A program made the position numbers and the translations under genes. From contig OZ024741.1 of the NCBI GenBank assembly GCA_964016885.1, forward strand, positions 151,900,001 to 151,964,000: a DNA stretch of 64,000 nucleotides, read 5' to 3'. The DNA is from Eledone cirrhosa (lineage: Eukaryota). The number at the start of each line of letters is the position of its first letter. Position 1 is the first letter of the stretch. Below are positions 54,900-64,000 of the stretch, piece by piece. The notes beneath the pieces were generated by a model. The model saw only the letters and a list, made by a program, of their open reading frames with translations, had not been told where the DNA came from and did no database searches.

Positions 54900-56098
54900 A
54901 GTATCTGTACATGTGTATATCCAGTTATTATTTGCAAACTTTTGGGAATGTTTTACATGTTTTTACTGTTCCATTAATGGATTGTACTTGTAATAATTTC
55001 CTAACTAGTTGTGTTCATTCTGTTCCTGTGAAGCCTATCTTCTCAAGATTTGTATTGAGGCAGTTACTAACATACACCAGAGCCCCAATAATCACAGGCA
55101 TAAATCTGAAGGTATAATCAGGGTGGAGTATCTGCAGATTTCTCATCAGTTCTGAATAAATATTCTCCTTTTCGCTAATCTTTGATATTATATTGGCATC
55201 TGCTGGGCAGCTAACTTCCACTACTGTGCATGTTTTCTTCTCCCTGTCCCATATCATAATATCTGGTCTGTTATGCCTGCATTTTATTGGGGGTTTTACT
55301 GGAACATTCCACCAGTACTCTTTCATATTATGTATATGTATGTCTTCCACATTGCTGTAGCTTTTAATGAGTTTATTATCGAGGCTATCTTTTCTACGGA
55401 TTGCATCGTACAGTGTTTTGGCTACTACATCATGACTCATAGGTAGATAGTACCGCGATGACATCTTTGGACAGTTGCTTATGACATGGGTGACATCTTC
55501 GATGTTAATTCTACAGAGTCTGCACTTGTTATCACATCTAGGTGTTTTGCCTGCATCCCTATCTCTTTTGTGAATCAGGTATTTCGTGTTGATTTCCTGT
55601 TCTTGGATTGCAAAAGCGTATCCTTCAAAGTGGGAGCCAATATAGCGGTTGTTGGTCCAAGATAGACTACTTTCCTTATCTATATTACTCTCACTCTGGA
55701 GCTTCCTGGCAACATATCCATGCATGATTTTTTGCTGATAAGCATGCAGTTTTTCATCCATGGATTCACTGCGATACTGCTGAGCGACTTCCCTGGGTGT
55801 GAGTTTTGATTATCACACAGGTAATATCTCTCGAGGAATTCCTTCCCAACTCTCGTGATCTTATCTGTTTCATGCAGATAGACTTGCTCGACAGACGGGC
55901 TTCTACGCTTTGAGGTTCGTAGATATTGTCGGAGGGATATGATGCGACATTCAAATGCTGTCTGGACTGATGTTAGGCCTCTGCTTCCCTGCTTACGTTT
56001 CAAGTAAAGGCGGTCTATGTCACTGTTGATGTAGAAGTTTCCGGTGTTGTTTAGTATTTTTCGAGTTCTAACATCAATTGCTCGGATTTCGTCTATGT
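54900..56098 (-). mobile_element. R4/Dong-like RLE LINE, 3' part
   Basis: RLYLKRKQGSRGL, CRLC..EDVTHVISNC, HNRPDIMIWD..VEV, PVIIGAL. Confidence 0.85.
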
Positions 56099-56189
56099 AT
56101 GTATGCAAAACGTAAACAGAAATAACAAAGCAAACGAGAGTACAAGGAAGAAATATATTAGTTTAACGCTTGATATGGTAGAAAAATAC

Positions 56190-56225
56190 TCTCAACGTTT
56201 CGGAGATTAGTCCTTCATCAGAAGA
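56190..56225 (-). ncRNA. Minimal hammerhead in a solo PLE terminal fragment
   Basis: TCTT-CTGATGA-A-GGA ctaatc TCC-GAAACGTT-GAGA; flanks homologous to 50740-50880. Confidence 0.75.
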
Positions 56226-56394
56226 TAAAATGAGAAATAAAATATGAAATAGAAAGATAGAGAGTGAGAAGAGGAAGAAACGGAAAACAATTTTTGCCGG
56301 AGTTCGTAGAGGGTGGGGTCGTCTCACCTCTCCAGATAACCCGCCTCCTCGGAGTTTTCGCTACGAGACTCTAAACCAGTTGGAAACGACTAGA

Positions 56395-56855
56395 TTTGTA
56401 GAAAAGGTAAGGTGAAAGGGGGCGAAAAGACCATAGGTGTTTCGCAGATCTACACACTTCGCGTTTGGTCGGAAATAGTTATCTTTCCTTATTTTCTTTC
56501 TGGACCTCTTAGATGCTTGCAATCGACGTTTTTCCCGGAAAACGGAAACGCTAAGCCTAAATCTAAACTAACCCTAACGCTAACCCTAAACCTAGCCCTT
56601 AACCCAAACCTAACTCTAAACCTAACCCTAACCCTAAAGCTAACCCTACTCTAAACCTAACTCTAACCCTAAACTTAACCCTAACCCTAAACCTAACCCT
56701 AACTCTTCTCCGGGAAAAAGGTCGATTGCAAACATTTAAGAGGTAGAGAAAAAAACAAGGAAAAATAAGTATTTCCCACCAAACGCGAGAGACATGTGAA
56801 ACTCCGATGGTCTTTTCGACCCCTCCGCCTTCTACAAAATTACTCTATTTTTTGG
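56395..56855. repeat. Foldback element with central degenerate (CCCTAA)n
   Basis: ~150-bp diverged inverted arms around the 56550-56705 telomere-like tract; right arm is inverted again at 57785-57920. Confidence 0.7.
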
Positions 56856-56870
56856 TTATTTCACACACAT

Positions 56871-56942
<72 letters not shown>

Positions 56943-56946
<4 letters not shown>

Positions 56947-57710
56947 TAGCGAGAATCGTTTTCAGCTCAGGAATTAACGAAAATCAACGTCCGATATGTG
57001 TGGCGAGCGCTCGATGAATCATATGAATCAGAGCTACAACATACGTTAAGGGCCAAACACACTGAGATGATGGTTAAACATCATCCGCACAGCCAAAACA
57101 AAACGACCAAGTAATTCGGGTCAAACAATAAAAATATATGTGTTGATACTTTCCCGGACCCTGGACTGATGGTAAGATCCAGTATTGGTTTCTGCGACTC
57201 CAAATCAGGTACTGTCCGCCTACATAAAGAATGTTGGGCTTCTGGTGAGATGATGAACAAGGCAGTCGTGTTATCAACGGGTTTTGCTCCAAGATGCTAT
57301 AGATAGTGTGGCTATTACTGACCCCTCGTGGGATTCAGCAAGGGAGGTAACACCTCTATTAAGCGAATGATTCAGTTGTGTATTATTGCGAGAATGCAAA
57401 ATATCACAAATCGAATAAAGCTCTCGACAGAATGGTTAAATATAACAGAGCTATTCAACAGTCAATATAAGTAACTGAAAAAATCAATAAAATTAACTGC
57501 TCAATAGCTAGACTCTGGAGATTAATACAAATATAAATTAGCGAGAATCGTTTTCAGCTCAGGAATTAACGAAAATCAACGTCCGATATGTGTGGCAAGC
57601 GCTCGATGAATCATATGAATCAGAGCTACAACATACGTTAAGGGCCAAACACACTGAGATGATGGTTAAACATATCATCAGCACAGCCAAAACAAAACGA
57701 CCAACTAATT
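56943..57710. repeat. ~170-bp direct repeats (56943-57112, 57534-57710)
   Basis: Near-identical copies; diverged inverted homolog at ~27260-27435. Confidence 0.75.
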
Positions 57711-57713
57711 CAC

Positions 57714-57749
<36 letters not shown>

Positions 57750-57917
57750 ATACACACACACATATATATATGAATGAAATAAGCAAAAAATAGAGTAATT
57801 TTGTAGAAGGCGGAGGGGTCGAAAAGACCATCGGAGTTTCACATGTCTCTCGCGTTTGGTGGGAAATATTTATTTTTCCTTGTTTTTTTCTCTACCTCTT
57901 AAATGTTTGCAATCAAC

Positions 57918-57975
<58 letters not shown>

Positions 57976-58103
57976 GTAGGAGGTGAGTTTTATTGTAGTA
58001 CAATAAAGCAATGCAGATATCGGATAAGAAACACTCTAGAGTTTGTAGGACTGGAGTATACATAATATATAAGAACAAAAGATGGTTAAAAGAGTTCCAT
58101 GAA

Positions 58104-58170
58104 TTTTATTATGCGCATTTCAAAAACAAATATCATCATGCAATAATATTTGTGTTTTCATCAGATAAAA
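58104..58170 (-). ncRNA. Hammerhead ribozyme with long helical stem II
   Basis: TTTTAT-CTGATGA-AAAcACAAATATTATT gcat GATGATATTTGTtTTT-GAAA-TGCGCA-TA-ATAAAA. Confidence 0.85.
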
Positions 58171-58329
58171 CAGGAAGACATGATATGAAGGTTAAAAAAA
58201 CACTTGTGGATAGTGCAGTTTTAAATATATATATATATATATATACTATATATATTGGAAGTGGTCGGACGTTGTATATGTAGGTGTAGTCGGATAAACG
58301 TCGAAACGGCTTGGTGGAATGCAGCGAGA

Positions 58330-58760
58330 ATTTACACAGTTATGCAGAATGACCCGAGGAGGCGTTGGGTCGAGCTTCAAGCTACAAGCTTCCATGGTTA
58401 CGGAGAAAATCGATGAAACAGTAATTTCCCATTCAAATTGAACTGAGAGTAATCTGTGAACGCAGAAGTAAATATTTCGAGAAACATTGCAACCGAAGGA
58501 AAACAGGAAGACGATATTTTGGTTCGTGAAGACGTTCCCTGGCAATGAACGGAAAAAAAGCGAGGATAATATGTCGTTATCTGGAGCGAGAAGAACAATT
58601 TCATGCAAAGACAGGACCAAGTTTATGGTATAAATGGAGTCGTTAGACTTATATTCTATTTAAAATAACAGAATGATTTCCAGCCCCGGAGTTTAAGAAG
58701 GATGTAAATAACATTGAAATCGAAAATGACAGAGGTTATTAAAATAGTAAAAGTAAATAG
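58330..58760 (+). pseudogene. Possible degraded hAT (Buster/SPIN-like) transposase fragment
   Basis: AS.V..I..PF and I.LS..TI-like motifs across frameshifts. Confidence 0.3.
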
Positions 58761-58838
58761 TGAAGATTTAGGCCAGTACATACGTATGCCCCGACGGACA
58801 TACACATACATACGCACACACAAATACATACACACCCA

Positions 58839-58917
<79 letters not shown>

Positions 58918-59099
58918 ACACGCGCGCGCGCGGTATGTATAGACCTTATGCATTTCTACAGTATTTTCACTAAACTTAAGGCATAGGTTACTTATGTACT
59001 CCGGATGGTCATGAGCACTTTCATTTTTCCAGATATTGATTATAGGGCCTCCCGGCAGATAACCCCCTTTAACCACTTCCTTGGAGTCGACTGAAGCAC

Positions 59100-59377
59100 T
59101 GCAGTGCAATGCAACAAAACGTCATAACTTCTGGAGTTCGCAACCGATTTTCACGAAACTTGACACATGGGCTACGTTTGTCCTACAGATGAATGTGAAC
59201 TCTCAGAATTGGCACATATTGAGTAGGAGACCCCTGGGGGCAGGAACCCCCTTTTGGAAAAAGCCGATGATTTTGTAAAAGTATAGTTTTCGAAGCAGCA
59301 CTGAAGTATTGACATAAATGGTATACACAACTGCTATTTAATACCCGAGCAACGCCGGGTACCTCTTCTACTATATA

Positions 59378-59460
<83 letters not shown>

Positions 59461-60498
59461 TATGTTTTGAAACAGTGAGCGAGTTTGAAATTAGAAATAT
59501 ATATATATATATATATGAAACAGAGAATGTCTGTTTGTCCGATTCACTAAAACTCGAGAACCACCCAACCAATTGTTTTCAAACTTTACACATGTAATAC
59601 TTATGGTCCTGTGAGTGTTTTGAGCAAAGAAATTTCAAATTTTCAATCCCCTAGGGACCGCATTAGGCGATTTAGCGATCTCTCTCTATAACTCTTAGTC
59701 TTTCTCTTTTTAGATAGATACATAGATATAACGTTGCGCCCTTATAATTGTTTCTACTTTTGGCACCAGGCCAGCCATTATTCCAGTTCATTACTGGTAC
59801 TTTATTTTATCGACCCCGTAAGGATGAAAGGCAAAGTTAACCTCGGCGGGATTTGAACTCAGATCATAAAGGGAGGTAACTCTATGCTTCAAAGCATGGC
59901 GCCCGACCCTCTACCGATACTGCCAATCCCCCGCCCTTATAATATCTGTCTATATGTCTGGCTGTCTGCATTACGACATTATGACGTGGTGTGTGTGTAT
60001 GTATATATAGTGTTTGTATATATATAGTGCGTAACGTTTTTCAAAATATTTACTTCTACGTTCACAATTGATTTTTTTAATTTCAAAAAATCCCGTTGAT
60101 GGTGAAAGCAGCGATTCTTTGCTTAAACCTTAATCTATTTGTTATATATATATATATGTATTCGTGTACAGATATTTTTGCATACACAATAACAAAATAT
60201 AAACAAAATTCGCGATAATTGATTTTCTTCGCACGGAAAAACCCTGGTAATCTACGACGAATTTTTTTTATAAGCACAAAATGTAGACACCGTCCCGAGG
60301 AGGCCGAAGTATTCCGTACTTCTCTGTACTATTATATATATATTTATAATTATATATTTGTGTTCAGATATTTTTTCATACACAATAACAAAATATAAAC
60401 AAACGTATTTATTTCACGAGGCTCAATAAGGATAAATACATATCAAATATATAAGAACCTAGAGCAAATCCCGAGCAACGCCGGACCATTCTGCTAGT
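59100..60498 (+). mobile_element. Non-autonomous Helitron-like pieces with a nested SINE
   Basis: CCCGAGCAACGCCGG hairpin ends (59344-59372; 60469-60498 ending CTAG then T); CCGATTTTCACGAAACTT motif. Confidence 0.55.
59745..59935 (-). mobile_element. tRNA-SINE with TSD ending CTTATAAT
   Basis: Full copy flanked by a duplicated target. Confidence 0.85.
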
Positions 60499-60664
60499 AT
60501 ATATTAAAATAACAGATTAAAGTGTAAGCAAAGAATCGCTGCTTTCACCCTTAACGGGATCTTCTGATATTTGCTCTAGGGATCTTATATATATGATATG
60601 TATTTATCCTTATCAATCCCTCTTTGGATTTTAGTCTTCACATTTATCATTATTACTATATATA

Positions 60665-60865
60665 GGGGTCGATAAAATAAAGTACCAGTAATGCACTGGG
60701 TAATTGATGGCCTTGTGCCTAAAGTAGAAACAATTATTACTATATATATATATATCCCGCCGAGGTTAACTTTGCCTTTCATCCTTCCGGGGTCGATAGA
60801 ATAAAGTACCAGTAATGCATTGGGTAATTGCTGGCCTTGTTCCAAAAGTAGAAACAATTATTACT
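60665..60865 (+). mobile_element. Two truncated tRNA-SINE 3' halves
   Basis: GGGGTCGATA..GTAGAAACAATTATT occurs twice. Confidence 0.8.
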
Positions 60866-60885
60866 ATATATATATATATGTGTGT

Positions 60886-61017
<132 letters not shown>

Positions 61018-61522
61018 AAAAGTCGGGACCCGCTGGCTGAGCTCCCGCCGTTTCAACAGCTGGTTCCAGATTGTTAGCGTGATTTGCTGGCTGTGTCGCC
61101 ACTGCTTTGGTATATCCATATAAGGGTATACAATAGTCATCCAATTATAAATTTTCTTTATGGATGTTCTTTAGAATTTTTAAATTTTTTTAGGAAGTGT
61201 ATAGAAATGTAGCTTAGTGAGTGTGTACATGTATGTAAGAGTCTATGTGTGCATCTGAATGTATCTGTCTGTTCAACTTGACAGACAATAATCGTAAAGA
61301 GGAGGTAGAATTATATTTATGGAAGATATAAGAGGGTATGTGTGTATGTATGTCTGCCAATAATTATGATTATTGAGACCTTCAGACAACAGAGCTATGG
61401 AATTGGCGTCACACTCGGCCGTAGATCACCCTAAACAAAGTATTGGCAAATGAAATATATCTGCAAAATCAAGGAACATCTAGTTGGTACTCTCCTAGTA
61501 AATACAAGTGGATTTATTTACA

Positions 61523-61615
<93 letters not shown>

Positions 61616-61616
61616 T

Positions 61617-61668
<52 letters not shown>

Positions 61669-61844
61669 ATGCTGTTTACCAATGGGTACAACTGACCACA
61701 CGACTGGATGAAAATCATCCATTGTAGATGTGGTATCACGTAGCTTCTGCAGGAACGGAGTTAAATACTCAGTAAAAACAACAAAAGGCTGGACAGGAAA
61801 CTTTCTTTAAAATGTTTGTCCCTCGAAAACGCTGTACACATTTG

Positions 61845-62100
61845 AATGGTCCAGTTTCATCATCCGATCATCATGCATGATCAAATGTTGATTTCAGAAT
61901 TAGTTATATTTCAGGAATGGTTTGCCGTAACAGTAACAACTAATTGGCAGGCCATTCCCGAACCAAATCTATCCTCTCTTTTCTATTCCATATTTGTGTT
62001 CGTCGTAATCCTGATATCTTCCATAACTAATTTTGCAATCAATACCTGATGAAATCGCTTAAATCTTGCATCATGATAGGATGATGAAACTGGTATATTG
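61845..62100. mobile_element. MITE-like element
   Basis: Inverted arms CCAGTTTCATCATCC.ATCAT.ATGCA / TGCATCATGATAGGATGATGAAACTGG. Confidence 0.55.
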
Positions 62101-62164
62101 AAATATGTATAGTGATTTTTCAGAATTAAAATTTTAAAGAAAGTTATATATATATATATATATA

Positions 62165-62968
62165 TATATAAATGAAAATCTAAAAATTAATGTGAGCAAG
62201 AAGCCAACCGTATTTCCTAATATATAAGTGACTATAACGTCAAAATGGAAAATAATTAACGTAAGATATGGGAAAATAATTCAAACTCAATTCAAAAAAA
62301 TCAAGACAGAGATTTTATCCACAGATTTTGTGAAATCCAGGGAAAAAAACCAATAGAGTCTTAACTCAGAATAAAATAAAGTTTAAATACTCACCCTTCA
62401 ATTTGGAAAAACTACAAATGCTCTATATAGTCTTAAAAAGACTATTTCACGAAACTTTTCAGTGGTATTAGTCACGGTAGGAACCGTTCCTCAGTAGAGC
62501 TCTACACGACAACCAAAGGTGCCACTGCCAAAATATGCCAAAAAGGGAATTTAAAAGCAGGCTAGTTCACCTCGTGCGGAATTATGATAATAAACACACA
62601 TGGAGAGACGTGGCTGGTGACGTCAGAATGAGACGAATGTCTATTTACAAGAAACAGCAGTCAAAAACATTCCGAAAAAACTCTACAAAATGTAAGGAGT
62701 TCAGCAAAATAGCAATATTATCGCGATTTGAAAAAAAAAAAAGACCGGGATTAGTCACAAATAATTTTAAGCACTCCAGGAAAAATTCCGAGTATAAATA
62801 TAAATGAAAATATAGAAATTAATGTGAGCAAGAAGCCAACAGTATTTCATAATATATAAGTGACTATAACGTCAAAATGGAAAATAATTAACGTAAGATA
62901 TGGGAAAATAATTCAAACTCAATTCAAAAAAATCAAGACAGAGATTTTATCCACAGATTTTGTGAAAT
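62165..62968. repeat. ~175-bp direct repeats (62165-62337, 62797-62967)
   Basis: Near-identical copies ~630 bp apart, upstream of the HHR at 63203. Confidence 0.8.
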
Positions 62969-63202
62969 ATATCCAATTGAGTTCTTAAACACGTGGTTAA
63001 AATACCTAACAGGCTTCAATGACCAGCGTGTATATTGTTTTATATTTTAAGATGACCTGCCTTTTCCTTTTTGGGGACAGTGTGAATTTTCTTTTTGAAG
63101 GACTACTGGCTTTTCAAATCTAGCTGTCCTTTTAGCACTGACGGAGACCATCACTAATTATTAATATCGATGTAGTTTTTTTATATCGATATTGCATGGG
63201 CA

Positions 63203-63325
63203 TCCACTGATGAGTTATAAGGGCCCGCTTGTGTGTATATCTATGGATTATATACAAGTTTCTACATAACCTGGACATTATTTATCCCAAATTGTAGAAA
63301 TCTTATAACGAAACGATCGTATGGA
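63203..63325 (+). ncRNA. Hammerhead ribozyme with ~80-nt loop II
   Basis: TCCA-CTGATGA-GTTATAAG..(80 nt)..CTTATAAC-GAAAC-GATC-GTA-TGGA. Confidence 0.85.
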
Positions 63326-63775
63326 AGGAAAGAGAGATTTATTTCATTATATCTCATATAAAATAATACAACCAGCTCTCCACGGAATACTGTATAGTTA
63401 GCACCCCAAACACTAAATTGGGATTAAACTTAGGTATATCCTAATGTTTGTTGAGTGAGATGGAGTTGGTCAGAGTATCGCTTAAAGCTTTCTCTGTTAA
63501 TGTATTAAATATATATATATATATATGGGAGGATGCATATTTTTATACGCATATATATGAATATATGTATATAAATGTGAGTATATATTATTTCAGTTAT
63601 ATAACTAAACCACCACAACAATGGCAACAAATAAATAATTATTGATTCATCTGTTTTCATCTCTCTTTATCTTCTCTTTTTTATTATTGCTATCATCTCA
63701 GTGATGAACCATCAAAGCAGCCGGAATCTCTGAGGAAATGGTCTTCTTTATCAAACACTACTGCTTCCGCTGTTA

Positions 63776-63860
<85 letters not shown>

Positions 63861-63955
63861 GGTGGTGGTGGTGGTGGTGGTAGTAGTAATAGTAGTAGTA
63901 GTAGTATTAGTAGTAGTAGTAGTGGTGGTGGTGGTGGTAGTAGTAGTAGTAGTAA

Positions 63956-63995
<40 letters not shown>

Positions 63996-64000
63996 AGTAG
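63776..64000. repeat. (GTA)n/(GTG)n microsatellite
   Basis: Seen directly. Confidence 0.95.

Noticed and set aside
56550-56705. True telomere
   Set aside because: Short, degenerate and internal to a foldback repeat

Overview
AT-rich, microsatellite-dense eukaryotic DNA with no recognisable host exon. The repeat content ((TA)n/(CA)n tracts, many copies of a tRNA-derived SINE, Tx1, R4/Dong, RTE, CRE and Penelope retroelements) suggests a cephalopod (Octopus-like) intergenic or intronic region; this is inference. Identifiable elements: a near-full-length Tx1-clade LINE (42.5-48.3 kb, minus) plus fragments, a DD37D maT transposon with perfect TIRs and one nonsense codon (40.8-42.1 kb), three or four Penelope-like (PLE) remnants, and Helitron, Tc1, hAT-like, CR1/L2, RTE, CRE and R4 fragments. 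The main hidden signal is a dense set of type I hammerhead ribozyme (HHR) motifs read by eye on both strands: about 14 with intact CUGANGA/GAAA/NUH cores from about 10 sequence families, plus about 11 variant or decayed ones. Most sit in short non-coding elements inside (TA)n tracts, often as partial tandem repeats with an inverted copy at the 5' side, i.e. retrozyme/PLE-pLTR-like mini-elements. Several have extended or structured stem II regions, one pair with compensatory base changes. Coordinates were counted by hand; element boundaries are approximate and ribozyme activity is untested.
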